64,000 bases of DNA, taken from an uncultured Bacilli bacterium. GTDB taxonomy: Bacteria; Bacillota_I; Bacilli_A; RFN20; CAG-288. Positions 9,656 through 18,881 of the stretch are shown one piece after another. The notes beneath the pieces were generated by a model. It searched no databases and had not been told where the DNA came from. It was given only the letters and a program-made list of their open reading frames with translations. A program made the translations under genes and the position numbers. Within the stretch, counting starts at the first letter, position 1, and every line of letters begins with the position of its first letter. The stretch covers positions 20,832-84,831 of the forward strand of contig CALVXU010000019.1 in the NCBI GenBank assembly GCA_944371605.1, written 5' to 3'.

Positions 9656-12600
9656 TAGAAAACTTTGGAGAGCTTCGACCATCACTTTCAACGTCTGCTT
9701 AGCCGTCGGTGGTTTGGCTTATCTTTTTTCCGCTTTGACAAAACAATATCCTGATATCGCCGGATACGTTTCTAGTTTCTTAAAAGATTCAGGATATACT
9801 GAAACAATCACCACTGGTAAAGAACCGGTCAGATTTAAAACGTGGTATTCTTCTATCGAAGATGTTTTAAACGGTAATGACGATGTCGGCAAAGCCGCTG
9901 AATCCGAAGGTGCTGTTCTTCTAAAGAATGATAATAGTGCTCTGCCTTTAAGCACTTCTGATGATAAGGTTTCTTTGTTTGGAGTCACTGCTTATCAACC
10001 TATTTATTCATTGGATGGCGCTGGTGAAGTTCAAATCAACGCTGATAGACAACAATATTTCTATGATGAGATGGAAGCTGCTGGTCTAACAATGAACAAA
10101 GAATTAGCAGATTGGTATAACAGTGATGATGGCCGAGCATATTGGCATGCTATTCCAAAATATTCTGGTGGTGGAAACAGCCAAAATATGACTTTAAATG
10201 GTGCTAGTTGGGATACTTTACCATCATCTAAAACCGCTAGCGGATATAACACTGCTGTATTTGTTGTCGGTCGTATCACTAATGAAGGTATCGATGTCAT
10301 GCCTTCTAATAATGTCGGTGGTGCACGAGATAGAGATTTCTTAAAATTCACCAATAATGAATTATCAGTTTTACAAGGTTTAAAAGAAGCTAAAGATGCT
10401 GGAACCTTTGATAAGATCGTTGTCTTGATCAATTCTGCCACTGGAATTATGGAAGATTTGCCGACTCTCTTTGATAACTATGGCGTTGATGCTGCTATGT
10501 GGGTGGGTTTGCCAGGCACCTCTGGCATCGAAGCTGTAGCTGATTTATTAGTTGGAAAATCATCTCCTTCTGGTGGTCTATCAGATGCTTGGTACACTTC
10601 CAGAGATGCTCATCCGACCACTCCTTACTATGGAAATGGATCAAACTTATTGATTCAAGAAGATATCTATTATGGTTATAGATATGCTGAGACTAGATAT
10701 GAAGATAGAGTCTTAGGAACAGGCAGCACCGATTCCTATATTTATGACGATAATATCTCTTATCCTTTTGGATATGGTCTATCTTACAGTGAATTCTCAT
10801 ACACTTTCGATAGTCTCGAAATCGATAATGATCCTTTGAAAAACTATTATGATAACACCTATAACGAAGTTGGTGTTGAAGATGAAGAGAAAGCTGGAAA
10901 ACGTCATGAAATCATGATGATTGATGATCCTAACAGACGTAAAGAAGGAGATGATTACATCGCTAATGTCACTGTCACTAACACTGGTGATATGGCTGCT
11001 AAGCAAACAGTTGAAATTTACCTTTCTAAACCATATACAGAGACTGATAAACAACATGGCGTCGAAGATGCCTCTGTCGAATTAGTCGGCTATGGTAAAA
11101 CAGATAAACTTGAACCGGGAACTTCACAAACTTTACAGATCAGAATAGATGCCAACAAATACTTCGCTTCCTACGATGATTCTGTTAAAAATTACACTGT
11201 TGAACCCGGAACATATTATTTGGTCGCTGCCACAAACTCGCATGAAGCTGTTAACAGCCTTTTAAAAGCTAAGGCTGAAGATGGTGTTCAAGTAGATCAA
11301 GGCAAAATGGATGATGAATATGGTGCTGGTGATGCTGATAATGTTCAATCCGTCAATGTCACTAACGAATATTCTGAAAACTATAAATATTGGACTAAAG
11401 GTGGCAATGAAGTGACTAATCTCTTCGACTTTGCTGATCCTAATAAAGTCGGTGATGAGAGTTCACACGTCACTTATATGTCTCGTTCAAATTGGACACA
11501 AACCGCTGATCAAGCTAAAAATCAATCTGTCACTGTCAGCGGCGATATGGGATTCTTAGGTCAGACTAATGGCGGAAGTAATTTCAGTGTTGAAAACGCT
11601 CAAAAATACTATCCAGAAGCAGTCGCTTCCTTCGAAGATAAATATCCGACCTTCAGAGATGAAGATGCTCAAGCTACTATGACACTAGCCGAAATGATCG
11701 GTGTTGAATATGATACTAAACGCGGCGCAACCGAAGAAGATGTTCAAAAATGGGAAGACTTCTTAAATCAGCTCTCTTGGAGTGAATTAGCTACTCTCAC
11801 TGGAACTGGTAGAAGAATGACCGCCGCTATTGAGAGCATCGGTAAACCACAGACAAATGATGTCAACGCTTCTAACGCTATCTCTTGGCATTTCAACATG
11901 GGCGTCGATAGTAATGAGGCCAATGATACCGTAGGTTTTGGCGTCCGTTTCGATCCTGATAATGCTAGAAAATATTATCCTACCGGTTATCCATGCGAAG
12001 GCATCATCGCTTCAACTTTCAATAATGAACTCGCATATGCTATCGGTCAAGCTATCGGCGAAGATGGTTTATGGTCTGGTGCTGCTGGCTTATATGGTTT
12101 CGGTTTAGGCTTACATAGAAATCCATACCATGGTAGAACTGGTGAATACTACTCGGAAGATCCTTTCTTAACCGGTATGATCGGTGGATATTCATCATTA
12201 GGTGCTCAGTCTAAAGGCTTATATGTCTACAATAAACACTTTGTCTTGAATGACCAAGAACAGAATAGAATTAGTTATAATACTTGGTTAAATGAACAAT
12301 CTTTCCGTGAGATTTATTTGAGACCATTCGAAATCGCTATCGAAATCGGTGACGCTATGAATGTTATGAATTCCTTCAATCATATCGGCACTGCTTGGTC
12401 TGGAAACTGCTATAACTTAATGACCGCTTGGTTAAGAGGCGAAGCTGGTATGGCCGGATTTGCTGTCACCGACTGGTATAAATCTGGTGGTATGAATATG
12501 ACTTATGGTATCTTAGCTGGAACTGATTTGCCTGATGGTACTGACGACACTACTATTGAAAATAATGGACCTGCCAAAGGCAATACTGGATTCTATGCTC

Positions 12601-12830
12601 AAGCTGTAAGACAATCAGCTAAGAGAATCCTCTACGTTGTCGCTAATTCCAACGCCATGAACTTCATCGGTGATGACACTAGAATCGTCATTCATGAGCC
12701 TAATTGGTATGCTTGGAGGGATAACATCCAATATGTTGGCTTTGGCTTAATCGGTGCTAGCGCCTTATTCATGATTGCTGCTGGCCTCTACACTTTCGTC
12801 TTCAAAAGAGATGAGACTGTCAATAACTAA
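9642..12830 (+). CDS. glycoside hydrolase family 3 (beta-glucosidase-like) with reversed domain order, N-terminal signal-anchor and C-terminal TM helix
   Basis: Start taken at the ATG 9642, preceded by AAGGAGG at 9629-9635 (ORF track starts at 9609). The first half carries GH3 domain-2 and FN3 motifs (AVLLKNDNSALPL, VGLPGTSG..AVADLLVGKSSPSGGLSDAW, YPFGYGLSYSEF, VTVTNTGDMAAKQTVEIYLSKP). The second half carries domain-1 motifs (GRTGEYYSEDPFL, KHFVLND, REIYLRPFEIAI, GFAVTDW nucleophile region). It ends with a hydrophobic helix then KRDETVNN. Confidence 0.85.
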   Translation: MKKNNRKLWRASTITFNVCLAVGGLAYLFSALTKQYPDIAGYVSSFLKDSGYTETITTGKEPVRFKTWYSSIEDVLNGNDDVGKAAESEGAVLLKNDNSALPLSTSDDKVSLFGVTAYQPIYSLDGAGEVQINADRQQYFYDEMEAAGLTMNKELADWYNSDDGRAYWHAIPKYSGGGNSQNMTLNGASWDTLPSSKTASGYNTAVFVVGRITNEGIDVMPSNNVGGARDRDFLKFTNNELSVLQGLKEAKDAGTFDKIVVLINSATGIMEDLPTLFDNYGVDAAMWVGLPGTSGIEAVADLLVGKSSPSGGLSDAWYTSRDAHPTTPYYGNGSNLLIQEDIYYGYRYAETRYEDRVLGTGSTDSYIYDDNISYPFGYGLSYSEFSYTFDSLEIDNDPLKNYYDNTYNEVGVEDEEKAGKRHEIMMIDDPNRRKEGDDYIANVTVTNTGDMAAKQTVEIYLSKPYTETDKQHGVEDASVELVGYGKTDKLEPGTSQTLQIRIDANKYFASYDDSVKNYTVEPGTYYLVAATNSHEAVNSLLKAKAEDGVQVDQGKMDDEYGAGDADNVQSVNVTNEYSENYKYWTKGGNEVTNLFDFADPNKVGDESSHVTYMSRSNWTQTADQAKNQSVTVSGDMGFLGQTNGGSNFSVENAQKYYPEAVASFEDKYPTFRDEDAQATMTLAEMIGVEYDTKRGATEEDVQKWEDFLNQLSWSELATLTGTGRRMTAAIESIGKPQTNDVNASNAISWHFNMGVDSNEANDTVGFGVRFDPDNARKYYPTGYPCEGIIASTFNNELAYAIGQAIGEDGLWSGAAGLYGFGLGLHRNPYHGRTGEYYSEDPFLTGMIGGYSSLGAQSKGLYVYNKHFVLNDQEQNRISYNTWLNEQSFREIYLRPFEIAIEIGDAMNVMNSFNHIGTAWSGNCYNLMTAWLRGEAGMAGFAVTDWYKSGGMNMTYGILAGTDLPDGTDDTTIENNGPAKGNTGFYAQAVRQSAKRILYVVANSNAMNFIGDDTRIVIHEPNWYAWRDNIQYVGFGLIGASALFMIAAGLYTFVFKRDETVNN

Positions 12831-12863
12831 TAACTAAATTTCTGATTTAAACTCCTTATAAAA

Positions 12864-12900
12864 ACTGCAATTGTCGCAAGGCTATTGCAGTTTTTATTTT
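12864..12900 (+). terminator. rho-independent terminator after the GH3 operon
   Basis: Hairpin ACTGCAAT..ATTGCAGT followed by TTTTTATTTT. Confidence 0.7.
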
Positions 12901-12973
12901 CTTCTAATACCTTTATCAAAACTTATTTTTTTAACAGTCGCTTAGCTTAAATGAATCAGAATGATTTTTACAC

Positions 12974-13417
12974 TTATTTTTTATGGGCTTTTTTCAATAA
13001 AGATTTGATTTTTTTAGGTGTGAGCTTTTCTTTTTTAGCTTCTAAAGCCTTCACACTCCCAAGCTTTTGAGCTGTTTCATAATACCAGCATTTATATTCG
13101 ACCATACATAAAGCTTTCTTCATCGCTGCTATCTTAGCTTTAGTCTTCTCCCTCTGCATCAAAAAGAAATTCAATCTCTTTTCTATTGAACTATCTCCTT
13201 CTTTAGTCCATTCGATAAACTGCTTGATATCTTTCAATTGTAAATCAGCTTTCTTCAAACATTCGATCAGAAAAATAGTTTCGATGTCAGAGTCAGTGAA
13301 TTTTCTGATGCCATTCACTCTTTTGATTTCAGGTAGTAGTCCCTCTTTATCATAAAATCGGATCTGTGAAATCGTGAGATTGAACTTTTTAGCGATTTCT
13401 CCTATCGTATATTCCAT
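12974..13417 (-). CDS. MerR-family transcriptional regulator
   Basis: N-terminal MEYTIGEIAKKFNLTISQIRFYDKEGLL is a classic MerR HTH. It is divergent from the 13528 gene. Confidence 0.85.
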   Translation of the reverse strand: MEYTIGEIAKKFNLTISQIRFYDKEGLLPEIKRVNGIRKFTDSDIETIFLIECLKKADLQLKDIKQFIEWTKEGDSSIEKRLNFFLMQREKTKAKIAAMKKALCMVEYKCWYYETAQKLGSVKALEAKKEKLTPKKIKSLLKKAHKK

Positions 13418-13527
13418 AAAACACCTCCTGTTAAATCATATGTATTGACCTAAAGTTAAGTTTAGGTTATATAATGTGATAGTAAATCATTCTCTGATTT
13501 TTTTCAATAGTAGAAAGGACTAAAAAT

Positions 13528-14214
13528 ATGGATTCAATCAAAGTGATTTGTCATATGTATACGACTATCGATGGAAAGATAGTGACCGATTTAAATAGTT
13601 ATCCTGACTGTTTAGAGGCTGGTGAAATCTATGATAATTTCACTTTTAACACCTCTAACGCTTGGGGATGTGGAAGAGAAACTTTTCAATACTTATCCGA
13701 TAAATCTGTTGATTTGAACGATTATAAGCCTCAAGAAGGACCTCTTAAAGATCACTTTATTAAAGATGAAAGATATTGTTTTGCATTCGATAGAAAAGGT
13801 AAATTATTCTTTAATGGTCCGTATAATGATTACGGTGGAAAAAAGAGTCGATTTGTCTCAGTGTTGACTGAAAACGTGGATAGGAGATTTTTGACTTATT
13901 TAGAAAGCAAAAATATCGCTTATCTCATCTGTGGTAAAACAGATTTGGATCTACCTTTATTTTTAAAGAAGATAAACTCATATGGGATAAATATTTTTAT
14001 GCTCTGTGGTGGTCCTCAGCTAAACGCACTATTTTTCGAACAAGACTTAGTAGATGAAATCAGTTTAGTCATCTGTCCAGGTATTCAAGGCGGAAGAAAA
14101 GAATTAACTTTTGTCGGCACTGAAAATGTCTCTAAATTTCCAAAATTCTTTAAAATAAAAGAAGCAAATATTTTAGATGGCGATACAGTACAATTGATTT
14201 ATTCAAAAGACTGA
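13528..14214 (+). CDS. dihydrofolate-reductase-like (RibD C-terminal domain family) protein
   Basis: N-terminal VICHMYTTIDGKI and the overall ~230-aa size resemble the RibD_C/DHFR-like reductase fold. Assignment is by motif memory only. Confidence 0.45.
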   Translation: MDSIKVICHMYTTIDGKIVTDLNSYPDCLEAGEIYDNFTFNTSNAWGCGRETFQYLSDKSVDLNDYKPQEGPLKDHFIKDERYCFAFDRKGKLFFNGPYNDYGGKKSRFVSVLTENVDRRFLTYLESKNIAYLICGKTDLDLPLFLKKINSYGINIFMLCGGPQLNALFFEQDLVDEISLVICPGIQGGRKELTFVGTENVSKFPKFFKIKEANILDGDTVQLIYSKD

Positions 14215-14238
14215 TATCATACTTTTGTCGGAGGATTA

Positions 14239-15090
14239 ATGATAATGGAAAAGAAAATCATCAATAAATATAAAGGGACTGAAGAAAGAGAAATATTTCG
14301 CAAGCATCATCTTCACATTCAAAACTCTTTGTTCAATGGTCCAGGAGAATCACCGATTAAAGAGTGTAGTGATGTGTTAGTGACTAACACCACTTTTAAT
14401 GCGAGATACGCCGGTTGGGAAGACAAAAATATCACTTTCAAAGATTGTCATTTCACAAGATTATGCCGCGCCCCTTTATGGTATACCAAAAACTTGATAT
14501 TAGACAATTGCCTCATGACTTCACCTAAAGCTTTAAGAGAATGTGATGATGTCACGATTAAAGATACTTCAATAAATGGTATAGAGACCATGTGGCAAAT
14601 CAGAAATTTCAAAATTGATAACTTAAAATTCCAAAGTTATTATCCTTTTTTAGAATGTGTGAAAGGCAAGATCAACAATCTAAGAATGATAGGCAAATAT
14701 TCTTTTCAACATTCGCATGACATCATCATTGAAAATAGTGAATTAGATACTAAAGACGCTTTTTGGCATTCACATGATATCACGATTAAAAACTCTATCA
14801 TCAAAGGCGAATACTTAGCTTGGTATAGCCGTGATTTGACATTTATCAATTGTAAAATTCTCGGAACTCAACCATTTGTCGGCGCACACAATATCATTTT
14901 TGAAAACTGCGAATTCGCTCCTGATACCGATAGGGCATTCGAAGATAGCACCGCCTCTGGTTCTTTAATCAATCTGCCTTATTCGATTTACGATCCAAAA
15001 AACATCAGATTTACTTACCAAAAAGGTAAACTGCCTGAAGTACATTTAGACAAGAAAAATTGTGTCTATGAATTTATAAAAAGTAAATAG
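14239..15090 (+). CDS. right-handed beta-helix repeat protein (DUF3737-like)
   Basis: Repeated ~22-aa units with N/D-rich turns (VTIKDTSINGIE, ITIKNSIIKGEYLAWYSRDLTFINCKILG). This architecture resembles the DUF3737 family that often follows MerR/DHFR-like genes in Firmicutes. Confidence 0.5.
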   Translation: MIMEKKIINKYKGTEEREIFRKHHLHIQNSLFNGPGESPIKECSDVLVTNTTFNARYAGWEDKNITFKDCHFTRLCRAPLWYTKNLILDNCLMTSPKALRECDDVTIKDTSINGIETMWQIRNFKIDNLKFQSYYPFLECVKGKINNLRMIGKYSFQHSHDIIIENSELDTKDAFWHSHDITIKNSIIKGEYLAWYSRDLTFINCKILGTQPFVGAHNIIFENCEFAPDTDRAFEDSTASGSLINLPYSIYDPKNIRFTYQKGKLPEVHLDKKNCVYEFIKSK

Positions 15091-15137
15091 AAACTTTATA
15101 TTTTTAAATAAAAGTTGTTTACATGTTTAGGATTTAA

Positions 15138-15677
15138 TTATCTGTTTTTATACTTTATGAGATACTGACATAGTATAGCGATAGTCTTGCCGTCTTTGAT
15201 TTGACCATTTTTTACCATTTCTATTGCTGTAGAAATCGGTACTTTATAATAATCTAAAGCTTCGTCTTCATCTAGATGTTGTTTTACCTTTGCCAAATCT
15301 TTAGCTAGAAAAAGATAAATAATTTCATCAGTATATGCGACTGAAGGATAATAGACGCCTAGTTCTATCAAATTTTTAGCTTGATATCCGGTCTCTTCTT
15401 CTAATTCTCTTCTCGCTGTATCTATAGGTGCTTCACCTTCATCGCATTTACCAGCTGGAACCTCTTTAATAATCTCATTATACGGATATCTGAATTGATC
15501 TTCTAAGATGATGTTATCGTTATCATCGATGGCCAAAATCGCACTAGCTTTGCAATGCCTGACAACTTCTCGTGTTGACATATGACCATTTGGTAGAAGT
15601 ACTTTATCAACTACAAGATTCAAAATCTTACCATGATAGATTTCTTCACTGCTGATTTTCTTTTCTTCTTTATCCAT
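15138..15677 (-). CDS. NUDIX hydrolase (ADP-ribose pyrophosphatase-like)
   Basis: Nudix box GKCDEGEAPIDTARRELEEETGY. Confidence 0.85.
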   Translation of the reverse strand: MDKEEKKISSEEIYHGKILNLVVDKVLLPNGHMSTREVVRHCKASAILAIDDNDNIILEDQFRYPYNEIIKEVPAGKCDEGEAPIDTARRELEEETGYQAKNLIELGVYYPSVAYTDEIIYLFLAKDLAKVKQHLDEDEALDYYKVPISTAIEMVKNGQIKDGKTIAILCQYLIKYKNR

Positions 15678-15799
15678 AATTTATCCTCTAAAAGTCATAA
15701 CTATCTAACATTATTATACAAACCTAATAATAAGAGATAAAAAACTTAATACTGTTTATTGATTTATATATAATATCTTTTTAGATAGTAATATTTATT

Positions 15800-16099
15800 A
15801 TGAAAAAAAAGACTTTTATTATTCTTGAAAGCGTATTGATAGGCGTTTCCTTATTATGTTTTATTGCCTTTGGTATTTTAAAAGGAATGAACAATAGTTC
15901 AGCTTGGACCAATATCGCTTTAGCTTTCGGTATAATCTCGCTAGTAGTGTTTTTATTTTTATTAATCATGCGGATCTTCACCAATAGTAAACTTCCAGAA
16001 GTAAAACAAGGTATCATTTGTCCGCGATGCCATTATCTCAACGAAGAAGGCGCTGATATTTGTAAACAATGTGGGGCAAATTTAAAACAAAATGAATGA
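15800..16099 (+). CDS. small membrane protein with C-terminal zinc-ribbon (99 aa)
   Basis: Two hydrophobic helices then CPRCHYLNEEGADICKQCGANL (CxxC...CxxC). Its stop overlaps the start of the YfhO-like gene by 8 nt, which suggests translational coupling. Confidence 0.55.
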   Translation: MKKKTFIILESVLIGVSLLCFIAFGILKGMNNSSAWTNIALAFGIISLVVFLFLLIMRIFTNSKLPEVKQGIICPRCHYLNEEGADICKQCGANLKQNE

Positions 16100-18881
16100 A
16101 GTGGTCTATGAAATATTAACAGATGATTTATTAGATCATAAAAAACATGTTCTTAAAATAATCAAAGAAATCTGTTATCCTCTTCTTTCCTTACTCATGC
16201 CTTTATCGCTCTGTTATCTCCTATTTAAAAATAATGATTTCTATCCTTTTGCGTCAGATGGTCACACTATTTTGATGTATGATGCAGCTGGGCAATATAT
16301 TGCTTATTTCCGTTATTTTAAAATGTTATTGGAACAAGGCGACAGTTTTCTTTACACTCTATCTAAAACATTAGGCGGAAATTTTCTTTCACTTTATAGC
16401 TATTATCTAGCCTCGCCGTTAAATTTTTTGATAATTTTCGTATCTGATAACCAAATACCTTTATTTCTTCTTATCATTTCAATAGTCAAAATAGCTTTAG
16501 CAAGTCTCACGATGTATACGATGTTTAGATTCGTGAAAAAGAAAGCTTCTTTTTCATATTTAATATTCGCTATTTCTTATGGTTTATCATCATATTTCTT
16601 CGTTTACATCTTTTCTCCAATGTGGTTAGATGGTGCTTTTATTTTACCTTTGGTTGTCTTAGGTATTCATCAGCTCATACGAAACGAAAACATTTTAGTA
16701 TATCCCTTATCTCTTAGTTACGCACTATTATCGTCTTGGTATATCGGATTTATGATTTGTGTATTTTCAGTGCTATATTTCTTTACTGATTTTTTGTCTA
16801 TTCGAAATAAAAAGTTTCCGAACACCATTGTTATTTATAATAAAAAAATCATCCTACGCTTTTTTGTATTATCTCTATTAGGAGGTCTATTAGCCGCTCC
16901 TGTTTGGTTCTCAGCGTTTTCGCATTTCACTGGTACAAAAGCAGGTGGCATCTCTATTTCATCTGATCAAGGCCTTGCGATGAATATTTCTTCAATCATC
17001 TCTTCTTTTTTGACCAATGGTTATATATCATCGTCTTACATCACTCAGTATTATGGATATATGGCGGTGTTTACATCTATCCCAGCTTTGACTCTAGCGA
17101 TAATCTACTTCTTTTCACAAAAATATGATTTAAGAATCCGAATATCAAGATTCATATTGATCGCTTTTTATATTGTGTGCACTGCTTTTACTTTAACAAA
17201 CACTTTGCTCCATGGAGGATCAACACCGACCTGGTTTCCTACAAGATATGCTTTTATCATCGCCTTTTTAATTTGCTTATATGGTGAAGAAGGCTTTAAA
17301 GGAATTGATAAAACACCTTTGATAAGTTATTTAGTCCCTATTGTTATAGGGGTGATCAGCTGGAGTTTAGTCACTTATTTAGCAAACTCTAATGGTGATA
17401 CATATAGTATTTCAATCGCAGGATTAATCTCATTTATCTTAACGATTCTTATCGCTTTCCTCTGTTCACTATGTTTTAAATATCATGCTAAACACGCGTC
17501 AACCATTTTCAGCCTTTCTTCAGTTTTGATACTCGGGCTCGCTGGATATTCAATCTATCAAGGAGAAGACAATGTCTTAAAAACCAATATTAATAGTGAA
17601 GAATATTTAAGCCAAAGCGAATACTTAGAAGATGAAAGATTTCAATCTGATGTAGACGCATTACGAGCTTATGATAACTCTTTATATCGAATGGAAAACA
17701 CATTTTTAAGGCCCCATTCATTTAATGAAGCTGACAATGATCCCATGTTTTATGGTTTTAATGGCATCTCACATTTCTCATCTGTTGAAAAAAAAGATGT
17801 GATGTCTTATCTAGAAAAAATCGGCTTTCATTATAACGGTTATCACGAAGGGTATGATGGCGGCTCCACAGTCAGTATGAATTCATATTTGGGTATCAAA
17901 TATCTCATTGATGATAACAAGCAAAATGTGATCCATTTCTTACCTAGTTTAACAAAGTTAAATATACCTTCAAACAATGATATGAGTTTCTATGAGAATC
18001 CTTATACACTTCCGCTAGCATTCACCGTGATGCCATCAGACTACACTTATATAAGTGAGGGATATACCAAAGATGACGGCGAGATTTATTGGTATGATCA
18101 TTTTGAATATCAAAATGAAATCTTCAAAAATATGACTGATAAAGTTGTTGATGCAAATGGTGACAAAAAAGATATATTTAAAAAGATAACTCCAAATATT
18201 AATCTATCGTCATCTTTAGAAGCCACAGAAAAAGATGGTGCTTTATATTTAACAGGAGATAAAGGAACTATCACTTATACATTCATAGTCCCCAAAGAAG
18301 CTGAAAACAATAATCTTTATTTCATGTTCAAAGAAAGAGATTCCGATTTGAGAATCACTTTTGATTGGAGATATATCGAGATGATGTCGTATTGGCATGC
18401 AGGAATCAGAGGATTCACAGGCTCAGTAAATAGCACACATAACATTCGAGTCTCAATACCTTTTGCTACCAACAATTATCGATTACAAGCAGAAATCTAC
18501 TATGAAGATTTAGATGTTTTGCAAGAATATATAAATGCGATTAAAGAAGATACTATCTCTGATTTAAAAATCCAATCTTCACCATCTACATATCAAATAA
18601 CTGGTAAATTAAATCTCATCAATGATAATCGTTATCTTCTATTCACTTTACCTTTGGAAGAGGGTATGAGCATCTACATCGATGGTAAAAAGATGGACAC
18701 CGTTAAACGATTCAATATCTTTTCAGCATGTGATATTTCTTCTCTGACAAAAGGTGAGCACATAATCACCTTAAATTTCGTAGACTATGGCTTAGATATA
18801 GGTGTGGTCTTGGCAGCTTTAAGTTTAGTTGGCTTAGTCAACTATTCCATTTTCTTCTTTATCAAAAGAAGAAGAATTTAA
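16092..18881 (+). CDS. YfhO-family polytopic membrane protein (putative GT-C glycosyltransferase), 929 aa
   Basis: About 13 TM helices in the first ~470 aa, then a large soluble C-terminal domain. The N-terminal GHTILMYDAAGQYIAYFRYFK matches the conserved YfhO N-terminal motif (..S.D...QYI.F..YLK). Confidence 0.65.
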   Translation: MNEVVYEILTDDLLDHKKHVLKIIKEICYPLLSLLMPLSLCYLLFKNNDFYPFASDGHTILMYDAAGQYIAYFRYFKMLLEQGDSFLYTLSKTLGGNFLSLYSYYLASPLNFLIIFVSDNQIPLFLLIISIVKIALASLTMYTMFRFVKKKASFSYLIFAISYGLSSYFFVYIFSPMWLDGAFILPLVVLGIHQLIRNENILVYPLSLSYALLSSWYIGFMICVFSVLYFFTDFLSIRNKKFPNTIVIYNKKIILRFFVLSLLGGLLAAPVWFSAFSHFTGTKAGGISISSDQGLAMNISSIISSFLTNGYISSSYITQYYGYMAVFTSIPALTLAIIYFFSQKYDLRIRISRFILIAFYIVCTAFTLTNTLLHGGSTPTWFPTRYAFIIAFLICLYGEEGFKGIDKTPLISYLVPIVIGVISWSLVTYLANSNGDTYSISIAGLISFILTILIAFLCSLCFKYHAKHASTIFSLSSVLILGLAGYSIYQGEDNVLKTNINSEEYLSQSEYLEDERFQSDVDALRAYDNSLYRMENTFLRPHSFNEADNDPMFYGFNGISHFSSVEKKDVMSYLEKIGFHYNGYHEGYDGGSTVSMNSYLGIKYLIDDNKQNVIHFLPSLTKLNIPSNNDMSFYENPYTLPLAFTVMPSDYTYISEGYTKDDGEIYWYDHFEYQNEIFKNMTDKVVDANGDKKDIFKKITPNINLSSSLEATEKDGALYLTGDKGTITYTFIVPKEAENNNLYFMFKERDSDLRITFDWRYIEMMSYWHAGIRGFTGSVNSTHNIRVSIPFATNNYRLQAEIYYEDLDVLQEYINAIKEDTISDLKIQSSPSTYQITGKLNLINDNRYLLFTLPLEEGMSIYIDGKKMDTVKRFNIFSACDISSLTKGEHIITLNFVDYGLDIGVVLAALSLVGLVNYSIFFFIKRRRI

